A DNA stretch of 53,187 nt, taken from IMG/VR virus record IMGVR_UViG_3300045988_092074, positions 1 to 53,187 of that record, one strand, 5' to 3'. Position 1 is the stretch's first letter. Each line of letters starts with the position of its first letter. The notes beneath the pieces are model-generated. The model worked only from the letters and a program-made list of their open reading frames with translations, searched no databases and had not been told where the DNA came from. Shown piece by piece: positions 44,401 to 53,187 of the stretch. This DNA is from a virus. The position numbers and the translations under genes are program-made.

Positions 44401-45066
44401 TAATGGGTCTACTGTAGCTTTCTGCTGTTTTCTAGCAGAAGTAAGTTCAGAAATCTTAGCTTTCAACTCGATTAATCTTTTGCCTTCATCAGATTGCAAG
44501 TAAGCTAGTCTCTGCTCCGCTTTTTCTACTTCAGATAAAGTTTGGATATGAGGTTTCATTTGGTCATCAAGAGCCTTAATCTGATTTTTCAAATTAAGAA
44601 TATCGTTGAGCAATTGCTGCCCCATTTCACTATCTGCCCTTTCAGCTGCAGTTAAAGATTTATATAATTCGACTGTCTGCTTCAAATCAGACTTAAGACG
44701 ATCATAAGAAGATATAGCTTGCTGTATATAGCGCTGCTGTTCTACAGTTGCTTTATTAGCATCTGAAGTTTGTGCTTTGAGCCAAGCAATTTGCCTACCC
44801 GTATCAGATAAAGCTAATTTAAGCTCATTTTGAGCTCTTTCAAGCCTTGATGTAGATACTGTTGCTTCATCAATAGCCTTACGCCCTTCACTTGTAGCTC
44901 CGCTAGCTGATTTGAGTGAGTGTACAATCCTATCAGCTCCTGCTCTAATAGCATTCACCATTGTCTCATATGACTGGTTGAGCTCGCCGAGTTGCTTGAC
45001 AAGTTTTTCAATCGAGTCATCTGGCTCAATTATATCGCTATATTTTATTTTATCATCTTCAGCCAT
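41464..45066 (-). CDS. Tape measure protein
   Basis: 1200 aa. Very long coiled-coil regions. Hydrophobic segments (ALFGWNTALVVLLTVFSMYG, IVGPALALAAIATMWTSFA). Canonical position. Confidence 0.85.
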   Translation of the reverse strand: MAEDDKIKYSDIIEPDDSIEKLVKQLGELNQSYETMVNAIRAGADRIVHSLKSASGATSEGRKAIDEATVSTSRLERAQNELKLALSDTGRQIAWLKAQTSDANKATVEQQRYIQQAISSYDRLKSDLKQTVELYKSLTAAERADSEMGQQLLNDILNLKNQIKALDDQMKPHIQTLSEVEKAEQRLAYLQSDEGKRLIELKAKISELTSARKQQKATVDPLTQAQEKLAYAQSEENKQLKLYSTQIREANQIAQLQATIANSAEGSYNRLSAQYALNKIRLNQMSAAEREAADSGKKLETETNAIYQQMIKLQEATGNYRLSVGHYQKTWDGLGISISQVVRELPAAAVSLNTFFLGISNNIPMVVDEIKRLRRQNELLAAEGKKQISVTGSIVKALFGWNTALVVLLTVFSMYGKEIITWIDKTLAGRDAAKSFEDALEDLNSELGKGSTGAYGQQIAVLRRLSENWRDLGDNIKAQTQWIKDNEKEFGKLGITIDNINDANNAFVENTESVVAAYKARAKAEAALNIVSQQYQKLLAAENKAEAEKVREYGFFDKTMNYFKALWGGISGPDSDLSLETRLKKQRQRNVESLQKDAKSLEQEVESYFNVWKFYEDQADALFKEIGLEESHKKDKKRTPRDADDRLNTLALAAEKAYQKSRTEIERDENKKRRAEAFASFNQEIADLNDKYTRIQKILKGQDEKYKELTESQKETAIKALEDIENAIENKQKGLTLSLDLLNIDVEIQKAEQLLELLELEGEVSKKGSYEELSNSLKRLDVERQIALLKNAQLPEAKRQPTSAINTSFDKQKAIAVGSFSMSSFDEQQALDEAIFNEVKRSETEITRFKLEQEKARWQEQIRLAETGGLDWSQAQIDAAKATVKGIDRELSELNDFIKNIGKKGLGGTLLEKLGFDDDQVDALKDAVNIVIEQLQSIVDAEVEMSKQIVEAAEARVEAAQKAYDAEIEARNNGYANNVATARKELEQEKKNQQEKQKMLEAAQRRQESLNSITQASSLITASANLWSSFSSIPIVGPALALAAIATMWTSFATAKVKAKQVTVSQSDEYGEGGLEFLEGGSHASGNDIDLGVKNKKKHRMKAEGGEALAIINKNKTRKYRKILPDVINSLNKGIFEDKYANAFNRDADADIFINQSNADLHKIESSLDKIIKQNGEKIFVDGQGRTIIRNGNLTKIIRS

Positions 45067-45068
45067 GA

Positions 45069-45842
45069 TTATCTCATTTTATGCCGTTTAACACTCTTAC
45101 TTTCTGCCTCTAATTGCTGTTTTATATTATCAACAGCATTATAGAATTGAAGTACTGTCATTTTTTTAGCATCCATGCTTGTCTTTTGGGCTATTAAGAG
45201 GCAAGTACTTTCAAATTGCTTATCATATTTTATTTCAACAGATTCACTCCCAATATATGATTTTGGGGAATGCATATTAAGCATTACCATATCTATGGTT
45301 TCTATTTGCTCAGAATTATCTGTGCCATTTATCATAGAATCTAATACAAAAAGTGTTCTCTGCTTCAACTTATCATATGCGTCTTTTTCCTTTGGGTTTA
45401 CAAAATCTCCAGGAAAGTACATTTCAAGTTCGGTTGTTACTTTTTTTTTAAGCCAAACTAAAAAGTCTATAATCTTTGAATGTTTTATTTCTTTAAGTCT
45501 AGCCAATACATTTTTAAGCCCATCGTCTGATAAGTCATTAACCTCTTCGCCATCTATGCTATGAATAAGAGCTGCAAAAGCTAAGTATTTAGGTGAAATT
45601 TCGCTATTCACCATATACATGTTTTGCCTCATATTCTGCAACTCTTGCAAAGCTTTTTTAGCATTATTGCTTTTAATGAACTTAGCAATACGGGCTATAT
45701 GGGCATCAATGTCATCAACATCTGAACCGATCCCAGAGTCTATAAGCAAATACTTATTGTATTTCTGGAAATTTATGATAGGCATCTCATCTATGCTATC
45801 ATAAACCCTCACTGTTTTCTTATTTACTGTAAGATTCTTCAT
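45069..45842 (-). CDS. Hypothetical protein, 257 aa (position of a tail assembly chaperone)
   Basis: Position only. Confidence 0.5.
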   Translation of the reverse strand: MKNLTVNKKTVRVYDSIDEMPIINFQKYNKYLLIDSGIGSDVDDIDAHIARIAKFIKSNNAKKALQELQNMRQNMYMVNSEISPKYLAFAALIHSIDGEEVNDLSDDGLKNVLARLKEIKHSKIIDFLVWLKKKVTTELEMYFPGDFVNPKEKDAYDKLKQRTLFVLDSMINGTDNSEQIETIDMVMLNMHSPKSYIGSESVEIKYDKQFESTCLLIAQKTSMDAKKMTVLQFYNAVDNIKQQLEAESKSVKRHKMR

Positions 45843-46111
45843 AATAAAATTCGCGTTATAGGGGTTGACACTATAGGAGTAAATATAATGCTCATCTCGT
45901 TAAAGATAATAGCGAGAATAATAGCGAGAATAAGTGACGTCCAAAAACTTAAACAAAAATCACACTCGAATAATTGAGAGATAAGCTTAGGGGCCTCAGC
46001 GACTATTTTGTCGCGTATGCCAAGCCTTTCAGCAAGTAAAATAGCAAATGCGGCTGATGAAGATATGTATATCAAAGCCGAAAGCATTGTTATAAAATAT
46101 ACCGTTGACAT
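45839..46111 (-). CDS. Small membrane protein, 90 aa
   Basis: Three hydrophobic segments. Contains a 12-nt tandem duplication carrying two GCGAGAAT words (45912-45919 and 45924-45931, coding ILAIILAI). Confidence 0.5.
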   Translation of the reverse strand: MSTVYFITMLSALIYISSSAAFAILLAERLGIRDKIVAEAPKLISQLFECDFCLSFWTSLILAIILAIIFNEMSIIFTPIVSTPITRILL

Positions 46112-46725
46112 AATTCTCTAGTTGTTAAAGTAAATTCAATCCGTATTCCTGCATAAGGGTACATAAAGAATTGTTTATCAATATCTTGTATGCCCTCTCC
46201 TTTATAAGCATAGTTATTATAGACTTTCTCTATCGAATAACCTTTGTATATATTCTCAAAGCGCTCATATATATCATCTATAGTAAGCTTACCTGTTGTG
46301 GTAATAAGACCTGGAGTAGTTAATACCCGCATGATCTCATCTTTTACTTCTTCTGTATGCATAACCGTTTCATCTTCATAGATACTACTAAGGTCATACC
46401 AAAATATAATAGCCCCACTGAAAGTATATTGAGGTAATGATTGAACTACTTCAGTAATCCTTTGTGGGTCATAGATATCGAACCATGAAAAGTTACCGAA
46501 GTTATCGTTCGGTAAAAGTGATACATATTCTCCGTTGCCGTTGTATACTGCTGGATATACGAATTTATTACCATCTGGCCTATGCTCTACGAGTTTATAA
46601 GCTCTACCGAATGCGTAATTAAGCCACTTAAGCTTATCCATAAGTGACTTTTGCATATCCTGTAATATCTTATCAAGCAATACAGGATCTTTCTTAAACT
46701 GTATTTGCACTGAATTTTCTTTCAT
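46090..46725 (-). CDS. Structural protein, 211 aa (possible tail tube or neck component)
   Basis: Position only. Confidence 0.5.
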   Translation of the reverse strand: MKENSVQIQFKKDPVLLDKILQDMQKSLMDKLKWLNYAFGRAYKLVEHRPDGNKFVYPAVYNGNGEYVSLLPNDNFGNFSWFDIYDPQRITEVVQSLPQYTFSGAIIFWYDLSSIYEDETVMHTEEVKDEIMRVLTTPGLITTTGKLTIDDIYERFENIYKGYSIEKVYNNYAYKGEGIQDIDKQFFMYPYAGIRIEFTLTTRELCQRYIL

Positions 46726-47189
46726 TTCCTTATTGCTCGTTTTAATCGTTTTGCTAATTCTTTTCTTACATGCGAGCGGATTATTCTCGTAAAGTTTTTA
46801 TCTGTTAAACGAAAAATCTCTTCGCCATATTTCTCAATGAGTTCAGGCGTTTTTTCGTCACTAGCAGTCACGTAAAAACCTTCTGAATCGAATACTACAA
46901 ACATAGATTTGTGAAAATCACCTGTATCTCGCAATGTGACCCTTGTAGTAGGTTGCCCTTTTCTCTTTTTTATCTGTATAGTTTTAGGCTTATATGGCAT
47001 ATAGCTCATTATCTTTTCACCTCTACCGTTAATACCACGACGATACAGCTGATCATCTGCTATGGCTGATACTATCACGTCTTCTTTATCGCGTATAATA
47101 TCCTCCAATAGCATAGGCAAGCTATCTTTAAAGTTTCGTAACCTATACTCCAGATTACGAAGTGTCGCATTGTATCGTTTTACAGCCAT
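46722..47189 (-). CDS. Head-tail joining protein (HK97 gp10-like?), 155 aa
   Basis: Size, position and the TLRDTGDFHKS motif resemble tail-completion/morphogenesis proteins. Confidence 0.4.
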   Translation of the reverse strand: MAVKRYNATLRNLEYRLRNFKDSLPMLLEDIIRDKEDVIVSAIADDQLYRRGINGRGEKIMSYMPYKPKTIQIKKRKGQPTTRVTLRDTGDFHKSMFVVFDSEGFYVTASDEKTPELIEKYGEEIFRLTDKNFTRIIRSHVRKELAKRLKRAIRK

Positions 47190-47191
47190 AT

Positions 47192-48511
47192 TTACACAAC
47201 TCTATATTTTATACCATTATTTTTGCATGGTAAACATACTCTATCAATCCCAGAAGTGCTTAGCTTAATAGCCTTAAAAGCTATATCTAGCTGATAGCTT
47301 AAACCTGACTTTTTCATAGAAGAAGAGTCGCCATCCACTTCGTATAATATATCGAGCCTAGAAGCATTGATTGAATGCCTGTTTGTTCTCACATTAGAGT
47401 TGTACGCGAATTCACGCAACATATCTATCGCTACCTGCTTAGCTATGACATCTTGAAACATCATTCTCTGCTCAACTATAAAGTCTGTAATATCACAGCT
47501 TACAGTAACTTCTAAATTCAACCCATAGTTATTATCATATGTATATTGATTATTCTCAACATCCCATAGATGTAAACTCTCATCTTCTATGTCTGTAAGC
47601 TCTTCATTCACATAAAATGGGTGAATCTCGAGGTATTTAGACCATGCCATCCAAGCGAGCAATTCTCTACGTGAGCATGACCCGCATGGCTCTTTTGACC
47701 AGTCTTTATTTTTTCTAATAGCTTGACTTCCTTCTGGAAGCTCAGATTGAGAATAGCATAAATACCAACTTCCTCCTGCATCAATGTCTTCACTTTGATA
47801 CGGTAAATAGAGGTCATCGATAGTAAACCATTCAGCACTATTATCTCGTGTCTTTGTCAGTTTTATAGTTCTGATCGGCTCATACATACTTGAATGCATA
47901 AGATACAAAGTATATTCTCCAGCTTTAGTGAACTGAAGACATATCTTATTTATTTTTGTGGTTACGCCTTTTGCCCGTATAGGTACAATCTCGAAGCCGA
48001 CTAAGTTTTTCTTATTCTTTACAGTATCTACTAATCTACCTGTCCCGTCAAACAGAGTACGACTTTCGCATAATGGCTTGTTTGTTCCTTCTGCTGTTTT
48101 TTCATTACAGTATCTAGTAATAGCTTTTTGAATACTTGCTTTTGTTTTACCCTCAAGCCATTCTGAGAACGGATTAGTCTCTACCCAGTATTCAGAGTTA
48201 TAAGGAGGTACAAGTTGTTTCTGCTCGTCTCTATTTGTTTCACGTATTAGCTTATATGTTTTGCCCTTATAGGCTACTATATTTCCTTTGCTAAATTCCT
48301 TATTCTCATACTCTGGAAAAGTAATATTTTTAAAATCCGGAGCAATACATGACATATTCTGCAAAGTCAGCAAAGGATGAATCTGCTGAAAATATAGGCC
48401 ACTTTCACTCACGGTTAAAGCATCAGATATTTTTAGGTCTGATGTGTCATAATTCTGCTCCCACCCAATAAGATGTAACAGCTTTTCTTGTATATCACAG
48501 GCTCTAACCAT
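47192..48511 (-). CDS. Structural protein, 439 aa from ATG 48511
   Basis: The ORF track starts at GTG 48544, inside the terminator hairpin. The ATG at 48511 (MVRACDIQ...) is more plausible. Confidence 0.55.
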   Translation of the reverse strand: MVRACDIQEKLLHLIGWEQNYDTSDLKISDALTVSESGLYFQQIHPLLTLQNMSCIAPDFKNITFPEYENKEFSKGNIVAYKGKTYKLIRETNRDEQKQLVPPYNSEYWVETNPFSEWLEGKTKASIQKAITRYCNEKTAEGTNKPLCESRTLFDGTGRLVDTVKNKKNLVGFEIVPIRAKGVTTKINKICLQFTKAGEYTLYLMHSSMYEPIRTIKLTKTRDNSAEWFTIDDLYLPYQSEDIDAGGSWYLCYSQSELPEGSQAIRKNKDWSKEPCGSCSRRELLAWMAWSKYLEIHPFYVNEELTDIEDESLHLWDVENNQYTYDNNYGLNLEVTVSCDITDFIVEQRMMFQDVIAKQVAIDMLREFAYNSNVRTNRHSINASRLDILYEVDGDSSSMKKSGLSYQLDIAFKAIKLSTSGIDRVCLPCKNNGIKYRVV

Positions 48512-48524
48512 AATTCTTAATTTA

Positions 48525-48571
48525 AATGAAAAATAGGAGGCCACTATCGCCAGTGGCTCAGTGTACCTCCT
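48525..48571 (-). terminator. Rho-independent terminator after the major capsid gene
   Basis: aggagg-ccact...agtgg...cctcct nested stems. On the minus strand it is followed by attttttcattt. Confidence 0.6.
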
Positions 48572-48611
48572 ACCAAAGCTAATAACAACCTAACGATCTG
48601 CTATCGATTTA

Positions 48612-49730
48612 TCATCCCCCAGCACCCACGGCTTTAGTGTTTACAGGGCTGTCTTCAGAGTTGACAACAACGACAGGCTTAGCGTAAACTGCATTTTCGC
48701 TTGATATATTGAATGACAGAATAGGACTTGCCAATGTAGTAGGTGAGCTGTTATATGCTGTCAAGAAGGCTACATCAACAGCAAAGCCATAGTGCTCTTT
48801 GCGAGTGCGATTCATATCAGCGGTAGCAGCCCCCGCGATAGCACTGTAGTCACCTACAGAATCATAGAAGTATGTGCCAACAGGCATGTTCAACAAAGGC
48901 AGAGTAGCAATACCCCACTCATGACCATCGCCGGAAACAGTTCCGAGCAAGCAATCACGCTCGAAACGGGTCAACATTCCAAGAGAGCCGGCATTTACAG
49001 CATAACCTTGAGCATATTTGCCACTGTTAGCTGCAATATTGTTCGTCAAGTGAACAATCTTTGTACCAAACTCATTTTGCTTGTTCACATCGTTATAAAG
49101 GCCATGTTGCTGTAACTTACGCATGATAGACTCAACGCCAGGATCACCAACAATATGCAACTGACCATAGAAGTCATTTGCCCCCATCATAACCTCAAGA
49201 TCGCCGAATACGTTTTCACGCTCAGACCACTTTGCGTTTATGGCATTAGAAGAGAAGTCATACAGCAGCTTGTTCTTCAAAACCTGTGTTTTGTTAGCGG
49301 CAAGAGCAGCAAGAGCAGTTTCATCAAGCTTTTTCGCAAAAGCATAGATGTACTTCATCATCTTGGTCTCGAAGTCTTTCTGGATGCCAATCTCATTATT
49401 CATATACATCGCCGGAGCGATAGTGAATCCCCATGCGTAAGTGGCAAATGTGATTTGAACCATCTTAGAAGTATTTTCACTATCAGTAATCTCCAATGTG
49501 CGGGTACTACCGATAGTAATATCAGCATCATAGTTGATTACTGGAGTTTCCAATACATTACCAATAGAAGTTCTTGCTTTTTGCTTTAACTCCTCAGTAA
49601 GAATACCGGTAGGGTCTTCGGATTGCACCATAAAAGCATTTAGCGCACCGTACCTACTGGGGCGATATTCAAACTTATCAAAGTTAGAATTCGCACGGAT
49701 GTTCTGGATACGTGTTAAAACTAGACTCAT
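48612..49730 (-). CDS. Major capsid protein (putative)
   Basis: 372 aa. Follows the scaffold-like gene and is followed by a terminator. Size typical of an HK97-fold MCP. No motif proof. Confidence 0.6.
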   Translation of the reverse strand: MSLVLTRIQNIRANSNFDKFEYRPSRYGALNAFMVQSEDPTGILTEELKQKARTSIGNVLETPVINYDADITIGSTRTLEITDSENTSKMVQITFATYAWGFTIAPAMYMNNEIGIQKDFETKMMKYIYAFAKKLDETALAALAANKTQVLKNKLLYDFSSNAINAKWSERENVFGDLEVMMGANDFYGQLHIVGDPGVESIMRKLQQHGLYNDVNKQNEFGTKIVHLTNNIAANSGKYAQGYAVNAGSLGMLTRFERDCLLGTVSGDGHEWGIATLPLLNMPVGTYFYDSVGDYSAIAGAATADMNRTRKEHYGFAVDVAFLTAYNSSPTTLASPILSFNISSENAVYAKPVVVVNSEDSPVNTKAVGAGG

Positions 49731-49808
49731 AACTTTTAAAGTTTTTTAATTGTTAATACTTACGCTATTGTGGTGCATTACCCTTTTACGCCTCATAGCA
49801 TTTTTCAT

Positions 49809-50756
49809 TTATCTAATGGGCAAACTTGCCACGTTATTTTCAGTTCTCAACTGCATTGACTGGTCTGAGAATTCTTGCGAGTCGCGGGTCAAACCATTTG
49901 CAAGCAGATGCGCCTCGATAGCTTTATCAGCCTCAACTTGGCTATTAATACCTGACAGATCAAGTGTTCCACCTGTTCCGCCTGAGCCGGATCCAAAGCC
50001 TCCTGTTCCACCACCTGTCTGCTGACGGCCTGTGTCGACTACATCTTTAAGCGATGTCTCCATTACAAGTTCCTGTAATGTATAAGGATTAAGGTTGTTC
50101 TTCGGGTTGTTAAGGATATTACCATCCGCACCGCGAATAACAAGCTTCTTTCCTCCTTTGTCATCTTCTACAAACTCAGGAGTGCCTTTTGCAAGGACTT
50201 CTGCTTTTGCAGCATTGAGCAGTGTCTTCTGAATAGGCTCAGTAATACCACTCTTAAATTTTAGACCTGCTGTAGCAGCTTGAAAAGCATAATCTACATG
50301 CGTGTCCTTAATAGTTTTATCAAACTCTGCTTTTTTGGTATTGAACTCAGTTTCCTTTGTCTGAAGCTGAGTTTGAAGCTGAGTTACTTGAGCTTTAGCA
50401 TCTTTCAGCTGTTGCTTCAAAGTTTCATCACCAGCTCCTTTTTCAAGTTTAGACTGGAGCTCTGCGACCTGTGCCTGAGCAGCAGTAAGCTGAGTTTGAA
50501 TTGTTTTCGCAGATTCTGCTTTAGTTTTGTACTCACCGAGCACGCGTTTAGCATAGTCATAACTCTTTTCACCGTCTTTCTTTTTAATGCCTGTGATATT
50601 AAGAATATCAGTATCATATTGGCCATGCAATGCGCCAATCTTAGTGCCTATAACGGTGTTCTCATCATTTCTTGACATTTCAGCAATCGCATTCAACTGG
50701 TTATCAGTAAGACCTGCTAAATCTGAGCTCTGTCGTAGCATCTCAATTGTTAACAT
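49809..50756 (-). CDS. Scaffolding protein (putative)
   Basis: 315 aa. A long coiled coil (AQVAELQSKLEK...QLQTQLQTKETEF) and a Gly-rich segment GGGTGGFGSGSGGTGGT. Lies between the portal and the MCP. Confidence 0.55.
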   Translation of the reverse strand: MLTIEMLRQSSDLAGLTDNQLNAIAEMSRNDENTVIGTKIGALHGQYDTDILNITGIKKKDGEKSYDYAKRVLGEYKTKAESAKTIQTQLTAAQAQVAELQSKLEKGAGDETLKQQLKDAKAQVTQLQTQLQTKETEFNTKKAEFDKTIKDTHVDYAFQAATAGLKFKSGITEPIQKTLLNAAKAEVLAKGTPEFVEDDKGGKKLVIRGADGNILNNPKNNLNPYTLQELVMETSLKDVVDTGRQQTGGGTGGFGSGSGGTGGTLDLSGINSQVEADKAIEAHLLANGLTRDSQEFSDQSMQLRTENNVASLPIR

Positions 50757-50778
50757 ATAGCTTTGTTTTTATTGTTGA

Positions 50779-51237
50779 TTACTTTTGTACTAACTCTGCA
50801 GCATCTCCATACGGATCATGCAAGACTGCCATAATGGTATAGCCAAGACCTTTATATGCTTTCTTGAAAAGCTGCCATTCTGCAAATGTGAACATCTGAG
50901 TAAACGCCGGTGACTCTTCTTTACCTGTCATTGGGTTAAACCTACGGCCACGCACAATCGACAGATGCACCATTTTTTCAGTGCCAGGCTTAATAACATA
51001 TTCATTTTTAGTAGTCGAAGTAGCTTCTTTTTGCTTTTCTTCAATAATATCATCAACATCCACTAGGAAAAGAACTACCTCATCAAGCTCTTCCTGTAAA
51101 TCACTTGTCCAAGCTTTTCCACCTTTAGCCTTAGCAGCTTCTAGTTCTGCTTTACGCTCTACAGCCTTTTTCTTGTAAGACTTAATATCTTCAAGGCTGA
51201 GCGCCTGTAATTGCTGAAGTTCCAATTTCTGTAACAT
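50779..51237 (-). CDS. Hypothetical head-module protein, 152 aa
   Basis: ORF that overlaps the portal 3' end by 47 nt. Confidence 0.5.
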   Translation of the reverse strand: MLQKLELQQLQALSLEDIKSYKKKAVERKAELEAAKAKGGKAWTSDLQEELDEVVLFLVDVDDIIEEKQKEATSTTKNEYVIKPGTEKMVHLSIVRGRRFNPMTGKEESPAFTQMFTFAEWQLFKKAYKGLGYTIMAVLHDPYGDAAELVQK

Positions 51238-52933
51238 ATTCCAAAAGTTTTTTACTTATAATATCTATTTTTTCTCTCATTGGCTTATTTGAAGCAAACT
51301 CAATTATGTTAATATTCTCACGCTCAAATTTTTCAACTAAAGTACTAAAATTTATTTTAAGCTTTACTAGATTTTCATTTAATAACTCTTTTTCATACAA
51401 TTTTAACACTTCATCCAATGTTTTATGTGGATACGGCTCCAATTGCTTTAAGATAAGCATTCTCTGAAGTACTAAAGGATTATTGCGATATTCAACTTCA
51501 AGAATTTGTTGCGATATAGCATCTAGTTCAGAGTTAGACGCACCATTTTCCTTTGCTTGTTTATACTTAGAGTATAGCTCTGTTACTGTGAAAACATAAA
51601 ACTCTGTACCCCAGCTTACAGAAGATGATATGAAAGCATCTCCATATCTGAGTTTGCAAATAGTATCTTCAACAAACTTCTGTGCCAATTCAAAGTTGGT
51701 CTTTAATGCGTTGAGAACTGAAGTTTTGCTTTCAAAGTTAGCAGTTACTTGAGTCTCGTTAATAGCTTCTTTTTCGCTTACAGTCCCACCCGAACCAACA
51801 ACAGAAATTACGATTTCATTTTTAAGCCTTACACATTCATTGACATTATAGTCAAGTGAATCTTTATCAATAGTAGTTATCTGAACAGGATTACGCATAT
51901 CTGCGACACCTTCAGATTGATTTGGCACGGGAACTTCTAAGAATGAACCAGGGCCAGCTATGCGCTTTTCGCTACAGCAAGGACATTTTTCGACTGTTCC
52001 ATCATTGAGAATCTTGTACTCACCTTTCGCGTTACGTAGAAAACCTCCGTCACAGTAATCACCAGTCTCATTATTCTCAAAGTTACAATCAGCCTCATAG
52101 GCACTATATATAGGATAAGGTGCGTACAAGTCTAAATGTTGCTTTGAAATAGAGAAGAACAAATACCAATCAAGATTTGATAGCTCTTTTGTGATCGGAT
52201 TTTTCTTAAGATCTTTGTTTTTCTCATTGAGTTGTATTGACCAAAAGAATCGAGCCGGGCAATATTTTAAATCATGCTTTGCCTCTGAAATAAGAAACTG
52301 AATTTCATTCTTCTCATTTAGCTGATATACTCTTATAAAAGTATCATCGAATACAGCTATTCGGTTTTCTGGCTGTTTGAAAATAAGCCACTCAAATTGA
52401 TTTTCATCGAGTTTAGAAGTCTGATAATCAATTACTGCATCAATCTCAAGCCAATAAAAATAAGGTTCAGGCCGAGCGGATGATTGTATTTGAGGAAGGT
52501 CTACTACCAAAATACTATTTGGCGATACCTGCATTCTTTTCCATCCAATTGTTTTCCATATTTCTGGCTCATTGAGGTTATTCTTTTTATATTGAGACCA
52601 ATCCTCTGCAAGCTCTGAGTCTGTGAACTGATATGAACTTGATGAGTTACGGCTATAGAAAACTCTTTCAAGTTCTCTATAGACGTCCTCAACTACAGCA
52701 GGTGTAGGCAATGGAAACTTAAACAAATGAAGGAATATATTATATTTGTCCTTCGGAAGCAACTGTCTTACCCAATCAAGAAATATAGTCGTAGGTTGGT
52801 TAATATCAGATACAGCGATATTCGTCTCAGTATGAAACCTAAGACGGCGCTGCATGTTTACAGCTTTCTGAATAGTCTGACGCTTAGTCGGCTTTTGCAG
52901 AATTTGCTTTATCTGATTTAACTCTAAGGCCAT
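51191..52933 (-). CDS. Portal protein (putative), 580 aa from ATG 52933
   Basis: Size and position downstream of terL. The start MALELNQIK is preferred over the upstream ATG at 52981. Confidence 0.55.
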   Translation of the reverse strand: MALELNQIKQILQKPTKRQTIQKAVNMQRRLRFHTETNIAVSDINQPTTIFLDWVRQLLPKDKYNIFLHLFKFPLPTPAVVEDVYRELERVFYSRNSSSSYQFTDSELAEDWSQYKKNNLNEPEIWKTIGWKRMQVSPNSILVVDLPQIQSSARPEPYFYWLEIDAVIDYQTSKLDENQFEWLIFKQPENRIAVFDDTFIRVYQLNEKNEIQFLISEAKHDLKYCPARFFWSIQLNEKNKDLKKNPITKELSNLDWYLFFSISKQHLDLYAPYPIYSAYEADCNFENNETGDYCDGGFLRNAKGEYKILNDGTVEKCPCCSEKRIAGPGSFLEVPVPNQSEGVADMRNPVQITTIDKDSLDYNVNECVRLKNEIVISVVGSGGTVSEKEAINETQVTANFESKTSVLNALKTNFELAQKFVEDTICKLRYGDAFISSSVSWGTEFYVFTVTELYSKYKQAKENGASNSELDAISQQILEVEYRNNPLVLQRMLILKQLEPYPHKTLDEVLKLYEKELLNENLVKLKINFSTLVEKFERENINIIEFASNKPMREKIDIISKKLLEYVTEIGTSAITGAQP

Positions 52934-53096
52934 TTTCTTCGTCGTAAATATAATTACTATCTTTAGGTAATTCCCATCCACCGTTTAATGCCGTGCCCAT
53001 GTCAAGTAAACGCTCTGCGTGTTGAATGCCAAATTCTTGTGTCATACCATACTTGGGCACAGTCAATGTTACTGTTTGTTCTTTTTTCTTTCTCAT
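52884..53096 (-). CDS. Hypothetical protein, 70 aa
   Basis: The ATG lies 14 nt after the stop of the 218-aa gene once the circle is closed. Confidence 0.45.
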   Translation of the reverse strand: MRKKKEQTVTLTVPKYGMTQEFGIQHAERLLDMGTALNGGWELPKDSNYIYDEENGLRVKSDKANSAKAD

Positions 53097-53102
53097 GGCT
53101 GA

Positions 53103-53187
53103 ATTTTTTTTTATTCACTGCTTCCTGCTGAAGGAGCATTAACCCAATCAGTAAGAGGATTGAAGTCAAGTGATTCACGCTTAATAA
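53103..53187. repeat. Second copy of the 85-bp terminal duplication
   Basis: Identical to 1-85. Confidence 0.95.

Noticed and set aside
1-53187. Possible stop-codon reassignment, as seen in some gut Bacteroidota phages.
   Set aside because: Long uninterrupted ORFs (up to 1882 aa) with recognisable motifs are obtained with the standard code. The only tRNA-like gene has no suppressor anticodon.

Overview
The window is a complete, circularly closed genome of a tailed dsDNA phage. The first 85 bp (1-85) are identical to the last 85 bp (53103-53187), so the unit length is 53,102 bp. The phage is siphovirus-like: it has a 1200-aa tape measure protein, no sheath gene, and a 1882-aa collagen-containing tail fibre. 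It is AT-rich and very densely coded.

No integrase, recombinase, reverse transcriptase, CRISPR array or rRNA was seen.

The host is probably a member of Bacteroidota. Five copies of a promoter carry the Bacteroides-type -7 box TAnnTTTG (TATATTTRCA..ATCAAAATAA), start codons lack Shine-Dalgarno sequences, and the lipobox and OmpR-type regulator fit that host group.

There are three transcription blocks:
1. A short plus-strand block of small early ORFs (5368-9572).
2. A minus-strand replication and nucleotide-metabolism block (26759 down to 9604). It contains an HTH protein, a DUF2800 nuclease, a DUF2815 SSB, a tRNA-like gene, a family-A DNA polymerase, a primase-helicase, VRR-NUC, SNF2, a methyltransferase, a nucleotidyltransferase, dUTPase, a T4 gp42-like pyrimidine hydroxymethylase, and finally an atypical OmpR-type regulator.
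3. A minus-strand packaging, head, tail and lysis block (4326 down through the circular junction to 27113).

The most interesting signals are regulatory:
- A GCGAGAAT(AAT) box is strongly over-represented. It occurs as 10-12 bp phased tandem pairs and as inverted pairs at nearly every module boundary. The phage also encodes an OmpR/PhoB-family regulator whose receiver has lost the phospho-acceptor Asp.
- A duplicated ~95-bp iteron element (AAACAAT/ATTGTTT half-sites, including a perfect 16-bp palindrome) brackets the whole late transcription unit.
- A tRNA-like minihelix and a 32-nt perfectly duplicated leader lie in the early operon.
- A nucleotide-metabolism cluster suggests modified (hydroxymethyl-pyrimidine) DNA.
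- The lysis cassette carries a unimolecular-spanin candidate.
- A pair of very cysteine-rich late proteins has no function I can assign.

All functional calls come from motif recognition by eye and need HMM or structure confirmation.
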